DNA of 64,000 nucleotides from assembly GCA_025832235.1 (NCBI GenBank), contig GCA_025832235.1_3649.1; one strand, given 5' to 3'. The translations under genes were made by a program, and so were the position numbers. Every line of letters starts with the position of its first letter. The stretch's first letter is position 1. Shown here in pieces: positions 28,351 to 37,332 of the stretch. This stretch comes from a phage. The notes beneath the pieces were generated by a model. It ran no database searches, had not been told where the DNA came from, and was given only the letters and a program-made list of their open reading frames with translations.

Positions 28351-29400
28351 ATGAATTTAACACCTCGCAGAACCATGGTACACGGCATGAAAGAAAAACA
28401 GAACGGTTTCGAACCTATGAGTAATAAAATGTTTGGTATGCCGGGCGGTATCATGGAAACATACAGCTACCCAACACCTGTTGTTGACCACGTTCTTTAT
28501 ATCGACGATTTGGAAGACTTACAAGATCATATGTCTCGTCTGCAGACGATCCGTATGGCTCAGCCGGAAGAAAGCATTCGGGTGATCATCAATAGCCCTG
28601 GGGGTTGCGTGCACATTGCAATGGCTTATCTGCAGGCATTCCGAGAGTCTCAGGCAAGCGTTGTTGCACATGCTGAAGGGATGTGCTGCTCTGCTGGAAC
28701 AATCTTATGGCTTGGTTGTAAAGAACGTACTGTGGCTCCGGACACAGAGTTTATGTTCCACTACTATCAAGGTGGCACTTATGGTAACGGTGTGAACATG
28801 AATACTCAGGTCAGCTACTGGAAAAAACGTTTTGAACGCCTGATCGAAAAATACTACGGTGGGGTGCTGACAGAAGATGAGATCGCATCCATCACAGCTG
28901 GTGGCGAAGTGTGGTTGGACGGAGAAGAGCTGGCAGCACGCACTGGAGCTATTATTCTGGATGAAGGCAACATACAACGCATCCAGAACGGACAAAAACC
29001 GAAAAAGCTTCTGGCAAAAGGTGATGAAGAAGGCGTGTTAGGTGAAGCAGGTCTTCCGGAGATTCACCAGTGCACATCTTTAGATGAGTTAGTTCATGCT
29101 GTTGAATCTGCAAAAGCGGGTGGTTCGAAAGGTGATGTTCACACTGTGTTCCTGAATCTGCAGATGGAAAGTGGCGAGACCGTCAGAATTGCCCTGAGTG
29201 AGATTACTTCAGAAGATCTGCAGAGATTCTCTGTCGTTGAACTTCAGGATATTCTGTCTCAATTGAAGACTACTCTGAACGGCGGTGAAGAGGTTAAGGT
29301 GAAAGATAAGACTCGCAAGCGTCTGGTGGACAATATTATTAAAACAGCAAAAGAGCTCAATGAAAAAATCCTGGGTGCAGGAATTGTCGAAGAAGCTTAA
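28351..29400 (+). CDS. ClpP-family (S14) serine peptidase-like protein with C-terminal extension
   Basis: INSPGG signature and GMCCSAG Ser region; TAAGGA RBS. Confidence 0.65.
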   Translation: MNLTPRRTMVHGMKEKQNGFEPMSNKMFGMPGGIMETYSYPTPVVDHVLYIDDLEDLQDHMSRLQTIRMAQPEESIRVIINSPGGCVHIAMAYLQAFRESQASVVAHAEGMCCSAGTILWLGCKERTVAPDTEFMFHYYQGGTYGNGVNMNTQVSYWKKRFERLIEKYYGGVLTEDEIASITAGGEVWLDGEELAARTGAIILDEGNIQRIQNGQKPKKLLAKGDEEGVLGEAGLPEIHQCTSLDELVHAVESAKAGGSKGDVHTVFLNLQMESGETVRIALSEITSEDLQRFSVVELQDILSQLKTTLNGGEEVKVKDKTRKRLVDNIIKTAKELNEKILGAGIVEEA

Positions 29401-29412
29401 ACATTAATTCTA

Positions 29413-29438
29413 AAGCCCTCTTCGGAGGGCTTTTATGA
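29413..29438 (+). terminator. rho-independent terminator
   Basis: AAGCCCTC-ttcg-GAGGGCTT then TTTTAT. Confidence 0.6.
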
Positions 29439-29451
29439 TCTGGAGATTTGC

Positions 29452-29985
29452 ATGACTTGTGCTAGAAAACCTGATGAACAACGTAACGCCTACGATGAGT
29501 ATGTGACACCGGAGTGGTGTGCAGAAGGGCTGTATGACCTTATTCCGTTCCCAGAAGACTGGACATACTTAGAGCCTTGCAGGAATAGTGCCTCAGGTGT
29601 GTTCTACTCCCGTATGCCGTTAGGATCTGCATGGGGAGAAATCCAAGAAGGTGTTGACTATCTGAATACAGAATACAACCATGTTGACTGTATTATCACC
29701 AACCCGCCGTACAGCCTGGCTCGTGAGTTTGTGGACAAGGCGTTGAAAGATGCCGACGTAGTTATTATGCTTTTGCGTCTTAATTTTCTGGAAAGCAAGG
29801 CCAGATTTGAATGGTGGCTTGATAATGCACCTACCACTGTGATCACAATATCTAAGCGTCCGTCATTCCAATCTAATGGTAGAACGGATGGGCAGGCATA
29901 TGCATATTTTGTATGGGACAAGAAAAACCGTCTAGACTTGCCGCCATTTATGTGGTTGGCACCACCAGAGGCAGACTTGAAATGA
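29452..29985 (+). CDS. N6-adenine DNA methyltransferase (NPPY type)
   Basis: catalytic motif ITNPPYS. Confidence 0.7.
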   Translation: MTCARKPDEQRNAYDEYVTPEWCAEGLYDLIPFPEDWTYLEPCRNSASGVFYSRMPLGSAWGEIQEGVDYLNTEYNHVDCIITNPPYSLAREFVDKALKDADVVIMLLRLNFLESKARFEWWLDNAPTTVITISKRPSFQSNGRTDGQAYAYFVWDKKNRLDLPPFMWLAPPEADLK

Positions 29986-30266
29986 AAATGAGTGCTAAGG
30001 ACAAGTTGCACCAGTTAGCGCTAAAACGTCCTGTAACGCTTCCTGACGAGCTTAACTCTATTTATGATGCGATTGTTGGGGAGATACAAAATAAAGCGTT
30101 AGCAGGCTTTCTGGGATGCGGATTTTCGATAAATCTCCCATCACACCTCTCAGACTACTTCCCACACATTGTTGGGGATTTGAGGGCAGGAGGTCTGCAG
30201 GTGGATGTTGTTGGCATCTCTCCGGAGAAAAATAACACAGTTGCCTACTTGACAGTGACCTGGTAG
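29982..30266 (+). CDS. hypothetical protein
   Basis: ATG 29982 overlapping methyltransferase stop; ORF-track start 29913 judged overextended. Confidence 0.4.
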   Translation: MKMSAKDKLHQLALKRPVTLPDELNSIYDAIVGEIQNKALAGFLGCGFSINLPSHLSDYFPHIVGDLRAGGLQVDVVGISPEKNNTVAYLTVTW

Positions 30267-30301
30267 TAGTGTATTTTGTTTTCAACAAGAGGGGGCCATT
30301 T

Positions 30302-30541
30302 ATGTACAAGTCATTCTCAATCTACTCAAGACAGGCGAAACACTACACAGAGATCCTGATCACTCAGAAAAAGTCTGTAGAAGGTGAGTGGGAGTATCAC
30401 CATAAAATGTTGCGTCCAGATTGGGTTTTTGATAGACTTATTGCTATGATCCCTCTTGGAGAAGTATACCCTCTGACAGGTCATAGGGATGCTTGGGATT
30501 TAATTGATTACATAGATTCATTTAAGGAGCCTAGATTATGA
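30302..30541 (+). CDS. hypothetical protein
   Basis: ATG after AAGAGGGGG RBS. Confidence 0.4.
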   Translation: MYKSFSIYSRQAKHYTEILITQKKSVEGEWEYHHKMLRPDWVFDRLIAMIPLGEVYPLTGHRDAWDLIDYIDSFKEPRL

Positions 30542-30939
30542 AGATTGAGATTACTAAAGAAGGTAAGAAAGTGTCCGGCAACTATGCAACAGTAATTCGG
30601 GATTTAATGTTTGAAGCCACCAAGATCGGTACATCTAAAGTTGGTCAAACTGTTAGTGTGAAAAGTAATATCGCCACAGGAGAGAAGGTATTCATTGTGG
30701 TCAAAGGGCAGGATCCCGTGGAAGGAACAGTGGGCCGAGGTGGCTACCTGTGCATTTCTGAAGAGCCTCGTATGCTAGTGGCTGACTCCGCTACTATAGG
30801 TGGGAAACGTGTGTGCGAGGCGGATGAGGTAATGATTATCCAGCCTGTTGACCCAGATGATCCAGCAACTTGGGTGGTAGGAAATGAAATCTTCTCTTTA
30901 GAAGAGTTATCCTTCCTAGCCCCGCGCTCTGTTCAGTAA
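30538..30939 (+). CDS. hypothetical protein
   Basis: ORF; AAGGAG RBS. Confidence 0.45.
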   Translation: MKIEITKEGKKVSGNYATVIRDLMFEATKIGTSKVGQTVSVKSNIATGEKVFIVVKGQDPVEGTVGRGGYLCISEEPRMLVADSATIGGKRVCEADEVMIIQPVDPDDPATWVVGNEIFSLEELSFLAPRSVQ

Positions 30940-30978
30940 TAATTTATCTTACCAGGGACGGTAGAAGCAGGAGGTAGC

Positions 30979-31212
30979 ATGAAAGTTAAATTTCTTACAG
31001 ATTTAGGGTACCCTTCCTTGGTTGACTGTGTTGGTAAAATTGTGGAAGCAAAACGGCTATCTGCAAACGAGAATGTTGTCCTGGTTAAAGGGAAGGATTT
31101 ACTAGCTGCAGGTGCAGAGTCTGGCAGGATCTCTCCTGATTATATGTATTACCTATCTTTAAGTAATCTGCCAGAGCGAGGCGGTAAAGGCCTTGAAGTT
31201 GTGGAGGAGTGA
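30979..31212 (+). CDS. small acidic protein, family A member
   Basis: MKVKFL start, VVLVKGKDLLAAGAESG core, C-terminal EVVEE. Confidence 0.5.
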   Translation: MKVKFLTDLGYPSLVDCVGKIVEAKRLSANENVVLVKGKDLLAAGAESGRISPDYMYYLSLSNLPERGGKGLEVVEE

Positions 31213-31742
31213 CAGGTATGCTTCTGATTAACTGGGAAGACCTCTATGGGGACAAAGACCCTGTTGCGTTTGTTGATCGTAGGTGGAGATACACTGAAGA
31301 ACAACTGGCGGCAAAAAATTTAACTGCAAAACGCAGAAAGATCATCCAGTGCAAGTACAAATACGCACAGTTTGCTGCAAAAGTGTCTCCACAAATCGAG
31401 AGCTTTGTGCTTAAATTGTATGACGAGTACCTCAAATTCAAATTGGATTTTGTACAGGTGTACCGTGCACAGATACGACCAGATACCAACATATGTAGAT
31501 GGAAGGTTGTTTGTGACGGTAAAGATTTGCCGCTCAGCTTGACAATTGAGTGGCGTTATGGGTATCATGAGTGTGGTCTGTATGATATTTGGGATGTCAT
31601 TGTAGATCCTGCTAAGCATCTGAACACAGAGGAGCTGGAATATATCAATAAGGTTATTCTCGATATGTTTTTCAGCTACACCCATGAAAACTCTGAGAAA
31701 GAACGGGATAATTTTCTTGACACCCTCAGTTGCCATTTGTAG
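31209..31742 (+). CDS. hypothetical protein
   Basis: ORF. Confidence 0.45.
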   Translation: MTGMLLINWEDLYGDKDPVAFVDRRWRYTEEQLAAKNLTAKRRKIIQCKYKYAQFAAKVSPQIESFVLKLYDEYLKFKLDFVQVYRAQIRPDTNICRWKVVCDGKDLPLSLTIEWRYGYHECGLYDIWDVIVDPAKHLNTEELEYINKVILDMFFSYTHENSEKERDNFLDTLSCHL

Positions 31743-31772
31743 TATACAATTTAACCTACAAAGGGAGGACCA

Positions 31773-32009
31773 ATGAGTATAAATGTTGTGCTAATAGGTT
31801 ACCTGGTAATGTCCGTTATAACAGCGGTATTCTTGACAGGTGTATGCATCGTGTCCAGACGAAGGGTGAAGTTTGATGATTTTATCACCATCATCACTGC
31901 TGCACCTTTTTGGCCTGTTGTTATCTTCATCGTGATAATGTGCCTGGTTGATTACTACAAGAATATCCGTAAGGAGAAAAAGGAGGGTAGGGATGGAGAC
32001 CGCACCTAA
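31773..32009 (+). CDS. small membrane protein (two predicted TM helices)
   Basis: hydrophobic segments VVLIGYLVMSVITAVFLTGVCIV and AAPFWPVVIFIVIMCLV. Confidence 0.45.
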   Translation: MSINVVLIGYLVMSVITAVFLTGVCIVSRRRVKFDDFITIITAAPFWPVVIFIVIMCLVDYYKNIRKEKKEGRDGDRT

Positions 32010-32145
32010 AACTGTTTATACTGTTCTTAAAGAGATTGCGTTCTACGCAGATCTTAGCCCGGCACCTTTATGGGAAAAGAGCATGTATTTAAAATGGTGC
32101 GTTAATTTAGGGAGGCCTTCCAGTGTTTCAAGCCATGTTTATTGA
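31993..32145 (+). CDS. hypothetical small protein
   Basis: ATG after AAGGAGGG RBS. Confidence 0.35.
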   Translation: METAPKTVYTVLKEIAFYADLSPAPLWEKSMYLKWCVNLGRPSSVSSHVY

Positions 32146-32228
32146 GATGCTATCTGGGGTATTGTTACTGGTAGCCATCTTAGGTGGTGCAGTTCTGATG
32201 TATAACTATCTTGAAAAAGGAGACAGCA

Positions 32229-32414
32229 ATGGTAAAAAATAAATCTTTAGAGCAGGCTGAAAACCTTCTCCACGAGCTGGTAAAGGAGTGGAAAGTTGAA
32301 TACTCAGATTTTAATGCACGAGAGGGTGAAGATTATTGGCCTACGGAGCGCTCAGAGGGCGAATGGTATCAAGATTTTATAGAGTGGTTATATCAGACGT
32401 GCGATGAGGGGTGA
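32229..32414 (+). CDS. hypothetical acidic protein
   Basis: ATG after AAGGAG RBS. Confidence 0.4.
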   Translation: MVKNKSLEQAENLLHELVKEWKVEYSDFNAREGEDYWPTERSEGEWYQDFIEWLYQTCDEG

Positions 32415-32881
32415 CGATGTTTGTTAAATATGTAAAAACGTGCCTCAACAGTCTTGGCAGAGAGCATTGGTACACCTTGCTTGAAAAAGGGGAAATTTTA
32501 ACAAAATCTGGAAAGATAACTTTGATACCTCTTGATAGTAAAGGTAAAGACCCGTCACGACTTGTTATAGATGATTACGTTACAGGTGTGACGTTCGAGG
32601 TCTCTGTGGAGAGGTTAATACGCAGAGCTGGCGGCCCTTATGACCGAAGAGAGTATGTTTTCGATTCCGTTACAGAGATGGGGGAGCATCCGTCTTTAAT
32701 GTTCAGGATGGTAATCAGAGATATGAGGTCATCTATAGATAGGATCGTAAAGGACATTAAGGAACCTTTTAGAGTAAAAGTTAAGAAGTTTTTCGATTCT
32801 AAGATTAACATACTCGCCGTTGCACTAGGTGTAGTTCAACTTCTGTTAATTTTGCACTATTTTGAACTACTATTTAAGTAG
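32411..32881 (+). CDS. hypothetical protein with C-terminal TM helix
   Basis: C-terminal ILAVALGVVQLLLILHYF. Confidence 0.45.
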   Translation: MTMFVKYVKTCLNSLGREHWYTLLEKGEILTKSGKITLIPLDSKGKDPSRLVIDDYVTGVTFEVSVERLIRRAGGPYDRREYVFDSVTEMGEHPSLMFRMVIRDMRSSIDRIVKDIKEPFRVKVKKFFDSKINILAVALGVVQLLLILHYFELLFK

Positions 32882-32943
32882 TAGTTGAGATATGGCACAA
32901 AGGATGTGCCATAGTGAAATAAACTAAGAAAGAGGTAGAGAGA

Positions 32944-33291
32944 ATGCCAAAGATTAAAACGTTATTACTGTGGGTAGCTGTTTTAGCTTTTATAGGGTAC
33001 TGGACTTGGGAAACTGAATTAAAAGATATCGGATATACCAGTCTTGAGAGCAAGGCGTGCATTGGCATAACCGATGCGTTCAGGCAAAATGCTATGGATC
33101 ACGAATGTGTTGATGCAGATATAGATGAGAAACTGTCTAAGGACAAAGATTTTTACCATGGGCATGCTTTACTTGATAGTGGTGACACTGTAGAGTTCTG
33201 GTCGTGGTTTCGTGAAGATGGAACAATAAAAACAGCAGTAAAGATTTCTAACAAAGAGTTAATGCTGTTGCAGCAAAAGGAGGCTCAATGA
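32944..33291 (+). CDS. hypothetical protein with N-terminal signal-anchor
   Basis: N-terminal LLLWVAVLAFIGYW. Confidence 0.45.
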   Translation: MPKIKTLLLWVAVLAFIGYWTWETELKDIGYTSLESKACIGITDAFRQNAMDHECVDADIDEKLSKDKDFYHGHALLDSGDTVEFWSWFREDGTIKTAVKISNKELMLLQQKEAQ

Positions 33292-33575
33292 TTTGGATAT
33301 CCTATGCTGATGGCACCATGCTGTATACTGCAGGTACCAGATATGAAGTTCAGGAGAACGATAAAAAATTTATCGTAAAAACATTTGACAAGGACGACAA
33401 CCTTTTGCTAGAATTGACTTACAAAGTTGGAGAGGTATCCAATATCCAGTTGGATTGTGGTCATAAAGATAATCCACTCAAAAAACCTGGAGTAGGTAAG
33501 GCTTCAGAAGAACGTCTGTCTCGTATTGCAGAAAGCGTTTCTCCCCAAAAATCTAAGAAGAGGACTAGAAAATGA
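33288..33575 (+). CDS. hypothetical protein
   Basis: ORF. Confidence 0.4.
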   Translation: MIWISYADGTMLYTAGTRYEVQENDKKFIVKTFDKDDNLLLELTYKVGEVSNIQLDCGHKDNPLKKPGVGKASEERLSRIAESVSPQKSKKRTRK

Positions 33576-33766
33576 AAAACTTACGTTTTAACACTTATTA
33601 CTACAACACATTGAATGATTTGTATTATATTGTTCGAAGTAAAAGTCCTGAAACAGTCCTATTCTGCCGCGAACCTTTCAAAGGGGAGGAAGTAGAGTCT
33701 GAGATGAATGTTAGCCAGATCACCTCTTTGTTGCTCTCAGGCGCAATGGAAGAAGCAATATTCTAA
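33572..33766 (+). CDS. hypothetical protein
   Basis: ORF. Confidence 0.4.
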   Translation: MKNLRFNTYYYNTLNDLYYIVRSKSPETVLFCREPFKGEEVESEMNVSQITSLLLSGAMEEAIF

Positions 33767-33784
33767 ACCAGGCGGGAGGGTTTT

Positions 33785-33970
33785 ATGAAGCACTATTGCC
33801 TGTCTGGTAGAATGGGTGCAGATTGTGATTGGGTTTTCTTAAAACTTGTCAGCATTCGAGAGTTCATCCCAGAGGAAGAGCAAGAAAGCGAGCTGATGTC
33901 ATGGATCAACCATTACGGTAACACTTTTCGGCATGTTAAGGTAGAAGAGTTGCCAAGCGAGGCTGATTGA
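33785..33970 (+). CDS. hypothetical protein
   Basis: ORF. Confidence 0.4.
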   Translation: MKHYCLSGRMGADCDWVFLKLVSIREFIPEEEQESELMSWINHYGNTFRHVKVEELPSEAD

Positions 33971-33972
33971 CT

Positions 33973-34062
33973 ATGATTGCATCAATATTAACGTTTATGG
34001 GTGGCGTGGCATTCGGATTCATTGTTTGCCTGTTTATAGTGATTATGTCTATGCGAGGCTGA
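33973..34062 (+). CDS. 29-aa hydrophobic peptide
   Basis: MIASILTFMGGVAFGFIVCLFIVIMSMRG; weak RBS. Confidence 0.3.
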   Translation: MIASILTFMGGVAFGFIVCLFIVIMSMRG

Positions 34063-34065
34063 ATT

Positions 34066-34362
34066 ATGAAACTTTTTGAGTGGTTTAAAAAGTTTAAATA
34101 TAAAGCTGTAGCCATCGTGCCGTGGTCCATTCAGTGGGTTGATGAAGGTGGTCTACCGATACCTGGTGACAAAGATACTGGGTACTGGATTATGATGGAG
34201 AACGGGTTTGGAAAGCGAAAGTATACGTGCACAAACTCTACTCGATCTGCACTTAATAGAGTGCCTGGTTACAAACTTATGGTTGTGTGGAAAATGTCAG
34301 GCGTGCCTCCAGCCAATGCTCAATTTCTTACTGACAATCCTACCACGGTAGAGGGAGATTGA
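34066..34362 (+). CDS. hypothetical protein
   Basis: ORF. Confidence 0.45.
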   Translation: MKLFEWFKKFKYKAVAIVPWSIQWVDEGGLPIPGDKDTGYWIMMENGFGKRKYTCTNSTRSALNRVPGYKLMVVWKMSGVPPANAQFLTDNPTTVEGD

Positions 34363-34646
34363 TAATGAAAAAGATTAACAGTAGTGAAGTCGAGTTTAAA
34401 CTTGTCGGAAAAGGCACTTACTGGGAAGTTCGTCAAAAGGTATATTTGTTCGGTCTTATTCCTTACTGGTCTAAATTCTACTGGGGAGCTAACGAGTGGG
34501 GAAGATACGCCACCAAATCAATGGCACTTATTGGTATAGCAGAGTACATTGCAGCCAGAGATAGGGTTGGAGACACTTATTACTATACTGCGGACGATAT
34601 TCGTAACAGTGTTTACGTCCCACAACCACCTGATGGAGACCGTTGA
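34359..34646 (+). CDS. hypothetical protein
   Basis: ORF. Confidence 0.45.
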   Translation: MIMKKINSSEVEFKLVGKGTYWEVRQKVYLFGLIPYWSKFYWGANEWGRYATKSMALIGIAEYIAARDRVGDTYYYTADDIRNSVYVPQPPDGDR

Positions 34647-34870
34647 TGAAAGTTAAAGTTTTAGATTCGAGCTTCTATATTGGTCAGGAGCCCTTAGTGG
34701 GGAAAGTGTTTACTGCTGTCCCTAACGAAGATTACCCCGACCTTTTAAAAATAAAAGGGGCAGATCTTATTGCCGCTGGTGCATCTCAGGAATGCTTTGA
34801 CAGTCAGTGGACCTACAACTTTGCCCTAGGTGAGGATGTAGAGATAGTGGAGGACAATCATGAAGGTTAA
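34643..34870 (+). CDS. small acidic protein, family A (cassette copy 1, gene 1)
   Basis: MMKVKVLD...LLKIKGADLIAAGASQ...VEIVED. Confidence 0.5.
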   Translation: MMKVKVLDSSFYIGQEPLVGKVFTAVPNEDYPDLLKIKGADLIAAGASQECFDSQWTYNFALGEDVEIVEDNHEG

Positions 34871-35114
34871 AATTCTTGATTCTAACGTCTACTTGGGACA
34901 ATCCTTCCTGAAGGGAAAGGTCGTTCCTGCGGTATACTTTGAAGGGTTGCCGTGGGATGATCCTGTTCGGCAACATCACAGTTATGTAGGCCACAACGTA
35001 GTGTTTATCTTAGGAGCAGACCTGATCACCGCTGGTGCACCTGAATATTATTTCGGGGAAGAGTCCTATTATGCCTTTGGGGTAGGGTCAGATGCAAATA
35101 TTGTAGAGCTGTGA
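34860..35114 (+). CDS. small acidic protein, family A (cassette copy 1, gene 2)
   Basis: MKVKILD...FILGADLITAGAPE...ANIVEL. Confidence 0.5.
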   Translation: MKVKILDSNVYLGQSFLKGKVVPAVYFEGLPWDDPVRQHHSYVGHNVVFILGADLITAGAPEYYFGEESYYAFGVGSDANIVEL

Positions 35115-35126
35115 TGGGTAACCGTT

Positions 35127-35525
35127 GTGAAAAATAAACTGTTTAAAGTTACAATGAAAATTCGCGGAGCTTGGAGCATAAAGCAAGGGCGTATTCCAGA
35201 ATTTGAGAAAGACTTCTACGTAGTCTCCACCTCGGAGGAGGCTGCATGCTGGCAAGCTGGCTATGCCTATGCAAGAACCTGGTACGAAGGATACCAGACT
35301 GGGGGCTATGACGGAGAAATTATCAGCAAGGGTGTAGAAGAAATTAATGTGTTGACAAGTGAAAAAGTTTTTGTTATAGTGCATCCAGATTCCAGAGTGA
35401 AGCATTACTGGAATGCCAGAACAAAAACTTGGACACCGTTTGCAGATTCTGCTACACCACTTTTAAACCAGAAAGCTCTTGACTCTGTCCCGAGCTATGG
35501 GGTTGTTGAAGAAAAGCTAAACTGA
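35127..35525 (+). CDS. family B protein (cassette copy 1, gene 3)
   Basis: KVFVIVHPDSRVKHYWNARTKTWTP matches paralogue at 37332; GTG start supported by alignment. Confidence 0.5.
   Translation: MKNKLFKVTMKIRGAWSIKQGRIPEFEKDFYVVSTSEEAACWQAGYAYARTWYEGYQTGGYDGEIISKGVEEINVLTSEKVFVIVHPDSRVKHYWNARTKTWTPFADSATPLLNQKALDSVPSYGVVEEKLN
35352..35380 (+). promoter_or_regulatory. sigma70-like promoter inside coding sequence
   Basis: TTGACA 35352-35357, 17 bp spacer, TATAGT 35375-35380. Confidence 0.45.
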
Positions 35526-35542
35526 AACAGTGGGGTACTAAC

Positions 35543-35833
35543 ATGATGGATTTAGTTCTGGACACTGATAACACCGGAGCGTTTAAAAAGGATGGTGTAA
35601 CAAGCGTTGACCAATCCTTCCCTGCCAAGATTGACTCAAAATGGACCTACAAGTTTGATGGAGAGATCTTCGCAAATGATGAGAAGGTTGTAGATGCTGC
35701 AGCCATTTTGAACGCTCTAGGGTACGACCCTGTGAATTCTTTGATCAAGGATCCTGTTGAGTTTGCAGAGTATGTTCGAAAAATGGCAGATCTTGCTGTG
35801 GATATTTTAAAAACTATCGACAACAATCTGTAA
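35543..35833 (+). CDS. hypothetical acidic protein
   Basis: ORF. Confidence 0.45.
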   Translation: MMDLVLDTDNTGAFKKDGVTSVDQSFPAKIDSKWTYKFDGEIFANDEKVVDAAAILNALGYDPVNSLIKDPVEFAEYVRKMADLAVDILKTIDNNL

Positions 35834-35839
35834 AAACTG

Positions 35840-35868
35840 TTGACACAACGCTTCAGATTTAGTATCAT
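35840..35868 (+). promoter_or_regulatory. sigma70-like promoter of hpf-like gene
   Basis: TTGACA 35840-35845, 17 bp spacer, TATCAT; followed by 5' UTR hairpin AGAGGG-tttggtt-CCCTCT and AAAAGGAA RBS. Confidence 0.55.
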
Positions 35869-35915
35869 TGTTTTCAAAGAGGGTTTGGTTCCCTCTTCTT
35901 TAAAAGGAACACGTT

Positions 35916-36233
35916 ATGCAAATTGAAATCACTGGCAACGTAGAAATCACTGAAGGTATGGTGTCTTTCATTTCCAACAAAATGTCTAAACTGGAGCGTT
36001 TGCACCCCTCTGCCAACTATGCACGTGTGAGTGTAAAAGTTGAAAATGATCACCAGGAAGTTATGGCGTTCATTTTTGACAATTCTGGAAAAGAAGTTAT
36101 TGCCAAGGCTAAAGGTAGTGATGCTTACGAGGCAACTGACCGTATGGTAGATGTTGCAGCACGTCAGCTGGCTAAATGCGGTGGAAAGAAAGGTAAGGGG
36201 AAAGGCAAAGTAAAGATTGACTTTGGAAAATGA
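35916..36233 (+). CDS. hpf: ribosome hibernation promoting factor / RaiA-family protein (short form)
   Basis: MQIEITGNVEITEGM...KLERL...VSVKVE...G.EVIAKAKGSDAYEATDRMVDVAARQLAK aligns along whole length with E. coli HPF as recalled; lysine-rich tail. Confidence 0.75.
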   Translation: MQIEITGNVEITEGMVSFISNKMSKLERLHPSANYARVSVKVENDHQEVMAFIFDNSGKEVIAKAKGSDAYEATDRMVDVAARQLAKCGGKKGKGKGKVKIDFGK

Positions 36234-36370
36234 GGTGCTACAATGGGTGTGATTAAGAAATTAGTCCCAAATGTAGAGATTGCATGCTTTGAAATTATGT
36301 TTGCAATCGCAGTTGTAGTTAATGTGTTAGGTTACGGCTATTAATATCAAATAATTGAGGAGACCTCTAA

Positions 36371-36640
36371 ATGAAAATTAAATTATTCAAAACTGAGCTG
36401 GCAGACAAAAACTGTGGACTGGTTGAAGGCATGATTGTTGAAGCACAACCAGTGGACTATATGAAGGTGGTTCGTGATGCCCTGGGTGAAGGTTTTGATC
36501 TGATGGAGCCAGCTCTGCGAGAAGATGTTATCGAGATGGCTAAAAAGCACACACCTGAAGGTTTGGTGGTGTTTGTTGCACCGGGTAACGGAGAAGAATT
36601 GATTGTAACTCCTGATGTGTATGAGATTGTAGAGGAATAA
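36371..36640 (+). CDS. small acidic protein (MKIK...EIVEE class)
   Basis: MKIKLFK...LVVFVAPGNGEELIVTPDVYEIVEE. Confidence 0.5.
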   Translation: MKIKLFKTELADKNCGLVEGMIVEAQPVDYMKVVRDALGEGFDLMEPALREDVIEMAKKHTPEGLVVFVAPGNGEELIVTPDVYEIVEE

Positions 36641-36731
36641 TCCTGCTTGGATTAGCATACTTCCTCGATAAGGAAGATTTGTAATTATTTGTGGGAAAGG
36701 AATCCCAATCTCTTACCAGAGGTGATACTAT

Positions 36732-36995
36732 ATGATTGTTTATTTTAAAACTTCAGGTGGATACCCTGATTCTCAAAGCTTGATCGGAAAAACGTGCACA
36801 GCATACTCACCTCTTGATGAGGAGGTAAGCGATATTCTACGAAATATGTATCGGATTGACCCCCAAGAAGCCTTTGATCAAAACCTTGTATTTGTCAAGG
36901 GTTCAGATATGAAGTCTTTGGGAGCATTCCCTGAAGCAGATGATGATGCCGTTTATTCGTTCATGACTCCTTTTGAAGCTATGGTTGTTGGGTGA
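36732..36995 (+). CDS. small acidic protein, family A (cassette copy 2, gene 1)
   Basis: LVFVKGSDMKSLGAFPEADDD. Confidence 0.5.
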   Translation: MIVYFKTSGGYPDSQSLIGKTCTAYSPLDEEVSDILRNMYRIDPQEAFDQNLVFVKGSDMKSLGAFPEADDDAVYSFMTPFEAMVVG

Positions 36996-36999
36996 TAAT

Positions 37000-37332
37000 A
37001 TGAAAGTACGCTTTATTGGTGAAACAATTCCTGTGCATCTCCGGTCTCCTGAGGATTCTGCAGATCTTGCATCTCAAAAGGCGAGAGGTTATGATAAGAA
37101 AGTAACCTCAACCGATGTAGTGCTTGAGGCTACCAGTCTACCTGACCCTGCTGCATTCTTTAATCATTATGGGTACTATTTCAGCAATCTGATGAATATC
37201 GGTGAGCTTGTGTTTATTAGTGGTGGAGAGATTGTTAGCAAGCTTGGCGGCGATCCAGATGTCTTTCATGAAACCTGTCCTTTTGCATTTGTGGTAGGTT
37301 CAGATGTGGAAGTTATTGAGGAGGTGCGGTAA
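37000..37332 (+). CDS. small acidic protein, family A (cassette copy 2, gene 2)
   Basis: MKVRFIGE...FVVGSDVEVIEE; ATG 37000 just after upstream stop. Confidence 0.5.
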   Translation: MKVRFIGETIPVHLRSPEDSADLASQKARGYDKKVTSTDVVLEATSLPDPAAFFNHYGYYFSNLMNIGELVFISGGEIVSKLGGDPDVFHETCPFAFVVGSDVEVIEEVR

